A stretch of 63,626 nt of DNA, counting the filler, from Globobulimina sp. (taxonomy: Eukaryota): NCBI GenBank assembly GCA_003354225.1. It is 51 parts of 51 records of this genome, joined end to end, with 100 filler letters (N's around TTAATTAATTAA, not from the genome) between each part and the next. Parts side by side here need not be neighbours in the genome. Positions count along the whole stretch, not along the records: positions 47,490 to 48,638 come from PIVH01022316.1; positions 48,739 to 49,887 come from PIVH01022317.1; positions 49,988 to 51,136 come from PIVH01022318.1; positions 51,237 to 52,385 come from PIVH01022319.1; positions 52,486 to 53,634 come from PIVH01022320.1; positions 53,735 to 54,883 come from PIVH01022321.1; positions 54,984 to 56,132 come from PIVH01022322.1; positions 56,233 to 57,381 come from PIVH01022323.1; 43 more parts are not named here. One strand, given 5' to 3'. The position numbers and the translations under genes were made by a program. The first letter of the stretch is position 1. Every line of letters starts with the position of its first letter. A model generated the notes under the pieces. That model searched no databases, had not been told where the DNA came from, and saw nothing but the letters and a program-made list of their open reading frames with translations. Shown one piece after another: positions 47,517-59,979 of the stretch.

Positions 47517-48638
47517 GTGACCACATGCACAGTCAATCATAGTGATACACCGTCATCATTGTCCAAGAATTATGGTATTAAAAGTACTGAATCAGTGCCT
47601 GTGCGGCAACATCGATCGAGAGCATTGACGAATGGCCCACTATACACAGACGATACTGTTAGTGAACTATATCAAATCTACTATAAATGCCAAGGAATGA
47701 AAGCTTTCAACGCTAGACAATTATTAAAATACGGCAAATCAATCAAAGTTGATGTAAAATGGAGAGAAGCAAATAAATTTCTGAAGAACAGCTCTGTTTA
47801 TTTAGCATCCTTAGTCACTCCGCCTGCATTACAAACTGTTGTCGTTCCTCAAATGAAGACAGCAAATTCAATCCAAGTGAAAGTGTGTGCGACTGATTCG
47901 GAATATTATTGGATCAAAGATTTGTCATTAAATTCAAAGATTGAAGACATTTGCGACAGATTAGAACCACGTTTACAACAAACATCCACCAAAATTAATC
48001 TGTATAAGGATGAAAAGATGTTATCTCGAAAGCAAACACTCCAACAAGTTATTTTTTACATATTATATGATATTATATATTTAAGAAAACAACATATGAT
48101 ATGACAACAATTTAGTTTGGTTTGAAGAATGGTGACAGCGTAGTATTGCACTTAGGAGTCCATAACACATCGGTTGGGATGGATTCATTTTTACAAACAT
48201 CATTGACAAAAAAACAATATTACCAACAGTTCCAATCATTATCCAATTTAGCAATTATTAATCAATCGACATCGTTTAGCACCTGTACAGATTGTGGCAG
48301 TTTGAAAAAAGGCAAAATATATAATGAATTATTTTACTGTCTTGAATGTTGGGATATGTATGAGATGGAGACGTACGACGAGAAGACAGACGCAGTGGAT
48401 GCGGTGGATATTTATACCGAAAATATTTTAAGCAATGCAGCGTCCGGCAACGCGAGCAATAGAGACACATTATTGCATGTTATGAGTGGCTTGGCGGAGG
48501 CAAATGGACAAAAATGTGTCTTCTTCAATTCTAAGGAGGGTATAAAACCCGCGGATGCTGTCGAACATGACTCGCATTTACATATTGTAGAAGCCAACAA
48601 TGATAAGAATAAAACTTTTGTGCTGACATTAGATTCAC
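47517..48638 (+). CDS. Ubiquitin-like-domain protein with CxxC..YCxxCW motif; probable intron near 48048-48114
   Basis: IQVKV...I.D...RL...I.LY....L....TL.Q.GLKNGD.V.L fits the ubiquitin fold across the intron. Confidence 0.6.
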
Positions 48639-48966
48639 NNNNNNNNNNNNNNNNNNNNNNNNNNNNNNNNNNNNNNNNNNNNTTAATTAATTAANNNNNN
48701 NNNNNNNNNNNNNNNNNNNNNNNNNNNNNNNNNNNNNNCATAATAATTAATAAAATGTTATCGACATATAATTGATAAAAAATAGTGAAATAGAAAGGGA
48801 TTAACATTGGTTATACTCACTGACAAAAATTATATCAATTATAGCAAAATTATTTTTACATATATTATATATATAAAATTAGCAACGAGAGTTGTCATGT
48901 CATGTATTAACGTGATTAAAATCAATCATCCGTAACACATAAGACTCAATTGTTAATTTGTACAAT

Positions 48967-49887
48967 TTATTGTTTGTGATGATTGGAGTTCGAGTGATGG
49001 GCAGCTGGCAATTTAAAAGCAATCGGGCCTCTGGCTTGTCCCATTAATATATCCGTGCCAGCGGGAGTACGCAACTCATCGTCATCTTTATATTGATTAT
49101 AATTGTAATTATTGTAATTATAAGGATCCGAATGAGATGTATCTTCATCTGATAATAATTGGTTTTGTTGGTTATAATCATATAAATTCTGCGATGTTAA
49201 TATTGGGCCACCTCTCGTTGGTTTATTATTATTATTATTATGGCTTTTATAGACATTGCCATTATTATTATTATCAATTTTGCATTCATTGTTATTTTTA
49301 TTGTTATTAAATAGTTGTACAGATTGATGCATACAATATTTATGATTCTCAATAGCATTCGTAAATGTATTTTGTATATTTGTTAACATGTTGTTTAAAG
49401 TGGCAATTTTCTGAACAACATCATTTCTTTGTTGCTGTAATTGCTGTAAGTTTTGATGGGTAATACTAGTGTTTTGAGGGTGAGTATTACCGCTATGCGA
49501 GGATAATGTTTCTGTTTCTTGCTGGATGGTTTGTAATATACTACAGCACAAATCCAAATTATTATCGATGGAGGACACCGTGGACGTAGTGGAGGTTACA
49601 CTCAATGCACTGTCCAGACTCGACTTCTTGCCATGATTATACAATGACGACATACCAATGCCAGACCCACCGGCACCGGCACTGCTGGTTGGACTGATTA
49701 GTTCCGGCGAGGAGGATATACCCGAAATGTTACGATTATGCTGTTGTTGCAAACAATCCATTGATTTGGATTTCATATTATTGGGTAGATTAAATTTAAG
49801 AGAACCACGTGCTTGGCCCATTAATATATCACAGCCAACTGTACGCAATACGTCAGCATCATTATTAATATTAGCATTGTGATTTTG
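48967..49887 (-). CDS. Low-complexity S/Q/N protein with duplicated RT..G.DILMGQARG motif
   Basis: Motif present near both ends of the ORF. Confidence 0.6.
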   Translation of the reverse strand, partial: QNHNANINNDADVLRTVGCDILMGQARGSLKFNLPNNMKSKSMDCLQQQHNRNISGISSSPELISPTSSAGAGGSGIGMSSLYNHGKKSSLDSALSVTSTTSTVSSIDNNLDLCCSILQTIQQETETLSSHSGNTHPQNTSITHQNLQQLQQQRNDVVQKIATLNNMLTNIQNTFTNAIENHKYCMHQSVQLFNNNKNNNECKIDNNNNGNVYKSHNNNNNKPTRGGPILTSQNLYDYNQQNQLLSDEDTSHSDPYNYNNYNYNQYKDDDELRTPAGTDILMGQARGPIAFKLPAAHHSNSNHHKQ

Positions 49888-50126
49888 NNNNNNNNNNNNN
49901 NNNNNNNNNNNNNNNNNNNNNNNNNNNNNNNTTAATTAATTAANNNNNNNNNNNNNNNNNNNNNNNNNNNNNNNNNNNNNNNNNNNNTGCTCTTGCTCGC
50001 CTGGCTTTAGAAACAACTCTAGCACGAAACCAGACATATTTACCAAACAGAAAAACAACGTTTCATTTTGTGGGCATACGTCAACCGCGTGCACTCAAAC
50101 AAGAACAAAAAAAGAGAAGAAACACA

Positions 50127-51136
50127 ATGTTTGATGTTATTAAACCAACAACAATCTCCTCACATATTCAATTAAATGACACAGTTGGTCAGTTTAAAAA
50201 ATTAATCAGAAAAGAATTCCAATTGCCAAAGCACAAAGATATATTAATATTATATAGCAATTTAGTCCTATATGATTGGAGCAAATCGCTATTAGAGTAT
50301 GGAGTGACTGATCGATCATGTTTCCTCTTAGCACTTCACGACGATACAGAAAAATCTGATAAATTAAAAGTAGACAAAGATGATAAGAAAGCGATCAAAG
50401 AAGTGGACAGAACCTTGAAAACAATGAAGATTGAGACAAGAAAGAGTTTAGATATCGTGACTCAGGAACAAAATGTTAATGTATTTAAAATGAATGGATG
50501 CGGGCATAGTATGAATAAAGATTCTTTATATCAATATTCCCTCTCACAATTTGAAAATAAAAAAGCGAAAATAAAATGTCCGCATACCCATTGTAAACAG
50601 GATGGGAATGAAAATGGAGGCAATAACTTATGTGGAATGGAATGGAATTATCCAGTGCTAAAACAATATTTGTTATCAAAGTGTGAGGAAAAAGATGGAG
50701 ATGATAATAAATATGATATTGATCACCAAATCGATGAACAGGAAGCAAAAAAATTGATGAAATTGGAATTATTATTATCTAGGAATTATATTGAGAATAA
50801 ATATAATTTGCAAAAGTGTCCGGATTGTCAGACATTATATTTTCGGAGTTGTAAATTGGTGACAAATGTGAAAGTTAAATGTGTTTTATGTTTGACTGAT
50901 TTTTGTTGGAGATGCAATGTAGAATGGAAGGGCGACCATATGTGTGATGCGACATTCAGGGATCACACATTGGACATATTAAAGACATGCCCAACAAAGA
51001 CCATATCAGGCAAGAAAACGCCATCAATACGTGCATGTCCGAAGTGTACACAGTTAATCACTCATACACAAGGATGCAATCATATGACCTGTAAAGCATG
51101 CAATACAGCATTTTGTTTTGTATGTTTATGGATAAA
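50127..51136 (+). CDS. Ubl-RBR (RING1-IBR-RING2) E3 ubiquitin ligase; 3' partial
   Basis: N-terminal Ubl (DTV..FK..I...L...SL.EYGV); degenerate RING1 (CGH..KCP); IBR CPDC..CVLC..FCWRC..W..H.C; RING2 CPKC..I....GCNHMTC..C...FCFVC. Confidence 0.88.
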
Positions 51137-51236
51137 NNNNNNNNNNNNNNNNNNNNNNNNNNNNNNNNNNNNNNNNNNNNTTAATTAATTAANNNNNNNN
51201 NNNNNNNNNNNNNNNNNNNNNNNNNNNNNNNNNNNN

Positions 51237-51558
51237 GCATAGAAACAATGCGATTTACTTTATTGATATTGAAAATTCAGCAATTTTCAAATCAAACATA
51301 AAATGTCCAGTGGAAGATACGTTTGATTGCTACTTATTAGCGCTGTATAAAAAGGATGATTTGACTGTCAATGGCTTCATTCGACAATGTTGGAAAGCAA
51401 AATTATGTAAAAATGTACGATATCCGTCAGATGATGCTATTGCGGTGATAAAATTATTTTATTCTATCGAAGATATTCATTTGTTTGATAGCAGTGGCAA
51501 TCACTGGAAAAAGCCCTTTGATCATATGTTAGTTTATATATTTCATATATTGTCATAA
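51237..51558 (+). CDS. C-terminal fragment of a Kelch-repeat-type protein family
   Basis: VNGFIR.CW....YP....I..I..FY..E.IHL....G.HW tail motif. Confidence 0.45.
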
Positions 51559-51688
51559 CGTTTTGTTTTCTTTGTCAACCAACATTTGAAAAACCTGCAG
51601 AGTGGTACTTATTGACTCATTATTGAGTTACACTGAACAATTGTGTGTATTGCATGAAAACCCTTGAAAGTGGTTTATCGATTTCATT

Positions 51689-52385
51689 TCACCAACGATT
51701 GTACAAATGACGTTTATGTGAATGATGTTGATTTTTGTGTAATAATTTTTTTTTACTGCTGTTTTGCCTGTCTTTGTGTTGCTGTTTAACTGAGTTTATT
51801 CTATTTCTTTGAATAATTTTCATTTTATTTTCTTTTCGAACTCGTTTCATTTCATACCAACTTATTAAACTACTCAACGAATCATCACATAATCTATGTC
51901 TTTTCCATTCAAATAAAATAGACTCTTTCCATTCGATCCAAAGCATAAAATCCAATTTTCCAAATTTATTTTTCAATATTTTTGGATTCAAATCCAATGA
52001 CAAACACTTTGCTAAAATCACGTTGTTCTCAGAATTATATTTCTCATCATCGCTCTCCGCATACTGACGATATTGAAGACACACAAAATCTGTATAGGTC
52101 GCTATCGATTCTTTTATTATCTCAATCTTATCACTGTCCGAGTTATAAATTAATAAGTTGACACATTTCAATTTGGTGCAAATTATTTCATTCGTTGCTG
52201 ACGATGTTGATATCACACAATAAATGTTTTTAATCCGTGGATTAATCATATTAATGCATTCGAGACCGGCTATTTTCACCCTCTCTTTGCAACAAATATC
52301 CAATGTATCATAAATCAAAGGAGGCCCCAAACACCAATTTAATTTGCCGCAATACAGCATTAACAATGTATGCAACACATCAGTT
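51689..52385 (-). CDS. Hypothetical protein, 5' partial
   Basis: 229-aa ORF with a basic tail. Confidence 0.5.
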
Positions 52386-52514
52386 NNNNNNNNNNNNNNN
52401 NNNNNNNNNNNNNNNNNNNNNNNNNNNNNTTAATTAATTAANNNNNNNNNNNNNNNNNNNNNNNNNNNNNNNNNNNNNNNNNNNNTTTTACTCAACTGAC
52501 AGCTGTGTCCGCCA

Positions 52515-53336
52515 ATGCAGCGTTTGAAACAGATATTGAAACAATTAAATACTGTCAACAAGGTGGAAGTAAGGAAGTATGCAGTGTTTGTATGTGGTCC
52601 AGCACTGCCAAATCCGATAGGTAGTTATTATGAAATGATAACCAATTTATTGAAAACAGCAAGTGATAACATTCAATTCGTAAAATTCATACCGTATAAA
52701 GAGGAATTACCATTATGTTCTGATCTAGTGCAGCTTTATGATGGTATTATTATTTCAGGCTCTAAATTCGATGCACATAGTAATGATCCATGGGTAGTTA
52801 ATCTAAGAAAATTGATCAAAAACATTTATGATTACAATATAGGGAATAAAAAGAAAAATAATACATCAAAAATTGTAAAAATGGTTGGATTGTGCTTTGG
52901 ACACCAAATCATTGCACATTCATTGAGGAATTATGGTGGTTTATCGGGAAGGAACAATAAAAGCGTTTGGGAGCTTGGAATCAAGAAAATAGAATTAACG
53001 AAGGCATTCAATAAAATGTTTGGAAACAGAAATTTGAGCTCAATAAAACTGATTAAAGTACATCGTGACGCCGTGTTATCATTGCCTAGCGTTGCTACAT
53101 TGTTAGCAATGTCTGATAACACAGCTGTGGAAATGTATTGCATTGGCAAACATATACTTTGTATTCAAGGCCATCCGGAATTCGATTCATTTTATTTAAA
53201 CACAATAATTGAAAACAAAACAGATAACGCATCAGTGCCAAAAGATGAATTAAAATATGCAGTCCGATCACTCCGACAATTGAAACCTGACAATGAAACT
53301 CTAAAAGACCTGATACTGCAATTTTTGGACATGTAA
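52515..53336 (+). CDS. Class I glutamine amidotransferase-like protein (gamma-glutamyl peptidase type)
   Basis: YDGIIISGS, GLCFGHQII (nucleophile Cys), H.D.V..LP, QGHPEF (His-Glu). Confidence 0.93.
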   Translation: MQRLKQILKQLNTVNKVEVRKYAVFVCGPALPNPIGSYYEMITNLLKTASDNIQFVKFIPYKEELPLCSDLVQLYDGIIISGSKFDAHSNDPWVVNLRKLIKNIYDYNIGNKKKNNTSKIVKMVGLCFGHQIIAHSLRNYGGLSGRNNKSVWELGIKKIELTKAFNKMFGNRNLSSIKLIKVHRDAVLSLPSVATLLAMSDNTAVEMYCIGKHILCIQGHPEFDSFYLNTIIENKTDNASVPKDELKYAVRSLRQLKPDNETLKDLILQFLDM

Positions 53337-53739
53337 TGTGTTATATCACAAATAAAATACTCGCTCTGTAACTGAAATGTGCACACAACGCCATATCTCA
53401 CCAATTCCAATTATTCTAATTCTGTTCAAAACAACACACATTTTAATACTTTACAACACATTGTACCATCCTCATGATCAAAAAAGCAAATGGAGATTAT
53501 ATATTTTATCAGAAGTTGGATTGAACAAATTATCATTTAATTAGAAATTATCACTTGTTTATAGAAGTCATCTTGGCACAAAAACAAATATTAAAAAAGA
53601 ACATACCAAATTACGGGAAAAATAAAAGTGGATTNNNNNNNNNNNNNNNNNNNNNNNNNNNNNNNNNNNNNNNNNNNNTTAATTAATTAANNNNNNNNNN
53701 NNNNNNNNNNNNNNNNNNNNNNNNNNNNNNNNNNGAAAC

Positions 53740-53947
53740 GTTTCTGTGAAAACCTTTCAAGAGTAAGTATAATTTTATTATTCTCTATGGGTCGATAATA
53801 GCGGGTTTCTCGCTAGAATACTGTCTTTAATTAGTCGTTGATTTTGACGTCGTTGCATCAACTCCTGTGTTGTCATTGCAAGACAAAATCAATCTCAATT
53901 TGAGTGTAATTAAATTATACTTACTCTTGAAAGGTTTTCACAGAAAC
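53740..53947. mobile_element. MITE-like element of 208 bp with 36-bp perfect terminal inverted repeats
   Basis: GTTTCTGTGAAAACCTTTCAAGAGTAAGTATAATTT (53740-53775) is the exact reverse complement of 53912-53947. Confidence 0.75.
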
Positions 53948-54037
53948 AAAAAAAAAAAGAAACGTTTCTAAATTCACATGAATATACAGCAACTCAAAAG
54001 TCAAGCATTAACCTCATCAGATTTCAGTGTATATACT

Positions 54038-54883
54038 TTAAAACCCTTCCTCTTGAACACACATTTCCAATGGTTCTTCACCTCCAGCGGTGTCAATCAA
54101 TTGCACATAATTATTATCAAATATATTTTGTTTAATTTTAACATTGCGATATTTGTCATAATAGAAAATAACCACAATAACAAAACAACATAAACTCACT
54201 AAAATCGATACTATGATAACAATTTCTCCGCTGACATCACTGCTTCCTGCATCCACTCCTTTTGGTTTTGTAACAGTTGGTTGTAATGTCGGTGTTGCTG
54301 ACGGCTCAGTGGTAGGCTGTGCTGATGGTGGATGGGTTGGTGATATTGATGGCATATTGGTAGGTAATGTGGGAGAATGTGTCGGTGAAGTCGAAGGGAA
54401 AAGGGTTGGATAATTAGTAGGCTCATTGCTTGGATACTTTGATGGAGATTTTGATGGGTTATTTGATGGTGAAACTGTTGGATCATTTGTTGGATACTTT
54501 GATGGCGATGTTGATGGATTGTTTGTTGGATACTTGGTCGGAGAATTGGATGGATTTTTCGTAGGAGATTTGGTTGGATAATGTGTCGGTGAATTTATTG
54601 GATTGTTTGATGGTGTATGTGTTGGATGATTTGTTGGCGATGTTGTGGGTGTTGTCGGTGGAGATGTCGGTGAAAGTGTGCATTCAATAGCTATATTATG
54701 GAACATAACATAATCACTTTCATGATCCACTGTAATATCAAATTGTACAGTAAATAATTTATTGAGTGCAACCTGTGGTATACTGAATGGTCCCATAGGA
54801 TAATAATAATATTGGTTTGAGTATTGCTCACAAGCAGGGAATTTGTCGTCGTAGACTGATTTAGTTGTGCTGCTCGCGGGCGG
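54038..54883 (-). CDS. Type I membrane protein with PT/PS-repeat mucin-like stalk; 5' partial
   Basis: Long (P[TS]xx)n tract, then a TM helix and a short tail. Confidence 0.85.
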   Translation of the reverse strand, partial: PPASSTTKSVYDDKFPACEQYSNQYYYYPMGPFSIPQVALNKLFTVQFDITVDHESDYVMFHNIAIECTLSPTSPPTTPTTSPTNHPTHTPSNNPINSPTHYPTKSPTKNPSNSPTKYPTNNPSTSPSKYPTNDPTVSPSNNPSKSPSKYPSNEPTNYPTLFPSTSPTHSPTLPTNMPSISPTHPPSAQPTTEPSATPTLQPTVTKPKGVDAGSSDVSGEIVIIVSILVSLCCFVIVVIFYYDKYRNVKIKQNIFDNNYVQLIDTAGGEEPLEMCVQEEGF

Positions 54884-55152
54884 NNNNNNNNNNNNNNNNN
54901 NNNNNNNNNNNNNNNNNNNNNNNNNNNTTAATTAATTAANNNNNNNNNNNNNNNNNNNNNNNNNNNNNNNNNNNNNNNNNNNNTTTGACGTTTCACAAAG
55001 AATGAGCCTAACACGCGATAAAGCATCGGATAGGCACTGTGAAGAAATCGAGAGTCTGGGTATGGCTTTTGAAGGGGGTAAGGGGAGAACTAGGAAAGTT
55101 TTGTTGATCTAAAAGTGCAACTTTTCATCTGTGGGTCTTTTGGAATATATCG

Positions 55153-56112
55153 TTGAGACATTTTGTGAGAATGCCAGCATCTAACCTTGAATTGTTGCCA
55201 CAAAACGAGCATATACGATTTAAATGGCTAAATTGTTGTGTTATGTATTCTCCAATGGTTACAACGAAATTACCGCATTCAAAACAAAAACGATTGCATT
55301 GTTTCACCATAACATGTGTTATTTTAACTATATTATCAATATTAATAAGATTTAGATTTAGTCATAATAATAATTTGAATGGTATGCTATTTGATATCAT
55401 TTGGTTTTTAGTGTCTATCGCTGGATAACTCTCCAGATTATTATCCATTTATTATTTTTATATATATTTCAATTATCCATGGAATTATTGAACCAATAAT
55501 AAGATTGAAAGATATCAGAACAAACTTCAATTTATGACCTACATCATATTGGTTTTGTACTTTGTGGGAATTTATATCGATACAATGTATTTCCCATTGA
55601 ATGACCCATTACATTGGATATGGTCATTGTTATTTTTTATTAATATTTTACTACCGACAGTCATTACATTTTCTGTTGCAGCTACAATATGTATTAAATA
55701 TGAAACACAAATTGAGCAAATTACACAAGAATTAGCGAAACAACAATTGCAATCTGATAAATTGACAGAATTTAATTTCTGTGATTTATTCAATGAATAT
55801 GAAAATATGCGAAGTCAATTTGAAATGGATTATCATAAAACGTTAAAATGGTCAGTTCATTTATATTTATTTGCTCTGGTATTATATTCCTGGAAAAACG
55901 CTTATTATTTAACATATGAAGCAAAATGGATATATGTGGTGTTATTTGCTGCAGATGTTTTCCATTTGAGTATATTTATAATCTCTGCATCAATAATGAC
56001 AGAAACATTTTATAGATTGCCGCACGATGTTTTTCCCAAAAATATCTTGCGCGATCTCACGGTTGACAAACAAAGTTTGCGACCTTATCGAAAGCTGAAA
56101 GTTTTCGAGTGA
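55153..56112 (+). pseudogene. Multi-pass membrane protein interrupted by in-frame TAA (55426) and TGA (55489)
   Basis: ORFs 55153 and 55534 share a frame and the intervening codons remain protein-like (LSRLLSIYYFY..FNYPW). Confidence 0.6.
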
Positions 56113-56232
56113 GGTTCTTCGGACAAACTTTTNNNNNNNNNNNNNNNNNNNNNNNNNNNNNNNNNNNNNNNNNNNNTTAATTAATTAANNNNNNNNNNNN
56201 NNNNNNNNNNNNNNNNNNNNNNNNNNNNNNNN

Positions 56233-57381
56233 TTTTTGATTTCCCTTTGTTTTGCGAATACTTTTCTAACATTTTGTGGCAATGATTCCAATCTTAATGA
56301 CTGAGTATTTATTATTTTATTACATTTGTTATGTTGATATAATAATTTCTCTCCTTCTGTCAAATTTATTTCCTGTTTTTCGTCGTCTAAATTGTAACTT
56401 GTTATACTTTCTGCGGAATTGCAAATTTTCTGCAATAAAACCTCGTCTTTATGCCATTCACTCGTCGTTGATAAATGTGAATTTAATACACTTTCTGTTG
56501 TTTCATCCAATTTAATCTCAGTTTCCTTTTTTTCATCATCATCATTTATCATATTTAAACCTTCATTTTGTGGAAAATCATTCAATGGAATATCACCGAA
56601 TCTCTGCGATATATCAATAATAAAATCAAAGTTACTAATCAATACAGCCATATTCGACAATACTCTCTGCCAAAATTGGTGCAATGCAGTCGTTTGAACA
56701 GCTAAATTCCCAAAACGCTTATATTTATATAATATTTCCATAAGTTCTTTGCCATCTTTGCTGGCCAAATATAATACAATTTCCTTGTCAGATTTACATT
56801 GTGCAAATATATCAGAAACGTCGATGATTTTATTTAATATTAATGAAGCAATGTCATATTGACCAGCTCTTACAGCCTCATCGCATATTTCTTCAATTTG
56901 TTTGCGTTGCTCCCCTTTCAATTTAAGCCATGTTCGATCAATTGTCATTGCTGCAGCTGCTCTAATGTCGGATGGTAATTTCGTGTCTTTTATCACTGTC
57001 ATTTTTTCAATCCATGTGACTGCAAACAAAGCAATAAACCGAGATTGTGTATTGAGATAAGTGTTTTTAGAAATGGTTTGTCTTATTTTTTCATCGATAA
57101 TCACGGGGAAATTGGTACACAATTTATAAAATGATTCCGCGTCTTTTTGTTGATCAATTTGTTCAACTTTGTAACAAAATAATTCAGAGGTTAGCTCCAT
57201 GCATTTGATAACCGCTTTGCTTAATTGCAACTGCATAATATCTTTATCTTTGGGTATTTTGCAGGCACTTAACATATAATAAACAAATCCAAACCATGAC
57301 TCGGTATCGTTGCCAATTAAGTTTCTTAAATCCGTTTTAATTGCTAATAAAAATGTATATACTTGCTCGATTTCAGATATT
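56233..57381 (-). CDS. Large helical hypothetical protein, internal fragment
   Basis: Long open frame of at least 345 aa. Confidence 0.55.
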
Positions 57382-57802
57382 NNNNNNNNNNNNNNNNNNN
57401 NNNNNNNNNNNNNNNNNNNNNNNNNTTAATTAATTAANNNNNNNNNNNNNNNNNNNNNNNNNNNNNNNNNNNNNNNNNNNNGCATACCGTCAGATGAGAT
57501 GCAAATTTAATTAATTTCAAAAATAAAAGCGCATATTTCCTACAATAGAAAAGACAAAATAAATTTAATTGTCCTTTACATAATTAAAGCTACAGAATGC
57601 TACAAATTATTATAATAATTATATAAACAATTAACAAAATAAACGAAAGAATAAATATAAACTCAGAAAAAAAAGCAAATTCAGAAAAAAAACACGTAAA
57701 CGCATTTCACATTTATCAAAAAACAGAAAGCAAAACACAAATAAAATAAAATTAATTATTAATTATTAAATTATCGAAAATAATAATTCAACAAAAAAAA
57801 CG

Positions 57803-58630
57803 TTACTCGAAATTTTTCATGTCATTAATTTCATTCACGGTCACATTTTTAACAATTTCTTTCTTCACAACAACAGAATCATTGCTATCGCAGTCCGAAT
57901 CCGTTTGATATTCCACAGTCTGGAAACATTTCTCCTGATCGTCCTCAGAGTCATCCTCTTCCACAATATTCGCCAATTTCGCGCTTAAATGGTTAATATC
58001 CAACAAAATGCTGTCTTTATTCATCGATGGGATGCTCGGAAATGCCTCGTCATCGTCATCTGCCTCAAATTTATAGGTCAATACATCCGCATCCATGCCG
58101 GCAACCAAATCATTAAAACTATAATCTTCAATCTCCGATATTTGCTCCCTATTCCTTCTGCGATCTCGATATTTATGCTTCAACTCATCCAAATCATCGT
58201 GTTCATGATGCTCATCATCTACATAATCTTTATAATTTTTATGCGCTTTCATTTGTTGCAACCGCGTCCGCCGACTACTCGCTTTATACTCGTCCTTCTG
58301 CTCCAACTCACCCTCATCCTCCTCCTCCTCCTCATTCTCCTTATCATTGCTATCAAATTCCATCACCTTACTATCAAATTCCTCATCCACCCAATTTTCA
58401 TCATTCTCGCACTCATTCATCTGCACAGAACCACCGCCATCAGACTCATCCCCATCATCCTCATACTCATCGAAGACATCGCCGCGATTCGAGTCTGAGC
58501 CATGAATTTTGAGGGAACCGTCGTCACTCTCTGAGCCTGAATGGTATTCCACAGAGCCATTATTCTCATCGTCCTCATCCTCATCAGAATGGAATTTGAC
58601 ACTGCCACTCAATGGCTCTTCTTCCGCCTC
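57803..58630 (-). CDS. Highly acidic low-complexity protein, C-terminal fragment
   Basis: D/E-rich ORF with repeated GSVxxH motifs. Confidence 0.6.
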   Translation of the reverse strand, partial: EAEEEPLSGSVKFHSDEDEDDENNGSVEYHSGSESDDGSLKIHGSDSNRGDVFDEYEDDGDESDGGGSVQMNECENDENWVDEEFDSKVMEFDSNDKENEEEEEDEGELEQKDEYKASSRRTRLQQMKAHKNYKDYVDDEHHEHDDLDELKHKYRDRRRNREQISEIEDYSFNDLVAGMDADVLTYKFEADDDDEAFPSIPSMNKDSILLDINHLSAKLANIVEEDDSEDDQEKCFQTVEYQTDSDCDSNDSVVVKKEIVKNVTVNEINDMKNFE

Positions 58631-58730
58631 NNNNNNNNNNNNNNNNNNNNNNNNNNNNNNNNNNNNNNNNNNNNTTAATTAATTAANNNNNNNNNNNNNN
58701 NNNNNNNNNNNNNNNNNNNNNNNNNNNNNN

Positions 58731-59879
58731 TTCATTTTTTTTATCGCTTGGGTTTGTACATATTTTGTAGCTTTGTGCATTGCTGTTTTGTAATGCAATA
58801 ACTGCAATGGATGAGTTGTATTACAAAGTAACTCGTTTTTTAAGTTTGCATACTTTGCAGCAACATACAGTTCTGAATATGTAAATGGTTTTGTGCTCTG
58901 ATTTCCTAATGTTACATATTGCGTTAATTTATTGCTTTTTTTATAATATGGCCAATACCAAAATGAATAACCTGTACTAAATATGCCATAAATTTCGCCA
59001 TAAAAATCTATATAGAAAATACATATTGATATGTATGTATAGAATATATATAAATAATATTACAATTTGCAACATACGATTTTTGACATATTTATTTAAA
59101 GATAGCGCAAATTTTGTATTTGGAAAGTAATTCAAGATGTTGCTATTTTTTTTCGTGCCTTGCGTGTAAATATCATATTTTATGGCATCTGAATCATATT
59201 CCTGTTCATGTAAATACTTCAACAGTTTTGGTGTTTGCTGAATATATCCTTTAATCTTCTTCATATCATTGGACATTAAACTTATAAACGGTATGTCTAT
59301 GTATATGTATTTACAAATAAATGATATCGGTGTTAATGTAAAATTTGTTATACAAACCAATAACAAACCTTTATTGTCAGATGTATTTGCTACAATCGGT
59401 GCTATGTTAAATTTGCTGATTCTCAGGAAATTCTCCTGGCGTTTTTTATTAAGTAACTTGGACATTTGTTCAAATTGTTGATCCACAGCAATTATTTGTT
59501 GCGTATTTGATTTTTCTTCATCATTAAATTTTGCATTATTCATATTGACCAATAATGACGGTCGTAATCTAAATCCTGTGTCGAATTGATGCATTAAATA
59601 ACAATGGATTTGATCCAATAATTTTAGAAGAAATATAGTTTTAATGTCATTGGATTGATGTTGCATTTTTGACAATTTATTACAATTTGATATATCACAT
59701 CGAAATTCCATATGATCATATATCGATTCCATTTGATTATTATGTGCTATTAAAATATGATGGAAATCGTCTATAATTGATGTATACTGCGTTGCATGTG
59801 ATAATATCTGCTTTTCTGTGGCGGTACCACACAATTTCACCGTTTTTATAATACGCTTTAACTTTCCACAATGTTGGAT
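58731..59879 (-). CDS. Member of a lineage-expanded hypothetical family; intron-containing fragment
   Basis: IIDDFHHI...H, C.I..C, LD.IHCYL.H.FD.GFRL, EYDSDAI..DI, SNI, then G..FHFGIG..IK after an intron-like AT tract. Confidence 0.55.
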
Positions 59880-59979
59880 NNNNNNNNNNNNNNNNNNNNN
59901 NNNNNNNNNNNNNNNNNNNNNNNTTAATTAATTAANNNNNNNNNNNNNNNNNNNNNNNNNNNNNNNNNNNNNNNNNNNN

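Noticed and set aside
55426-55491. Stop-codon reassignment or readthrough
   Set aside because: Two different stops (TAA and TGA) occur in one gene, while many other long ORFs here end normally at TAA, TGA or TAG. A pseudogene is simpler.
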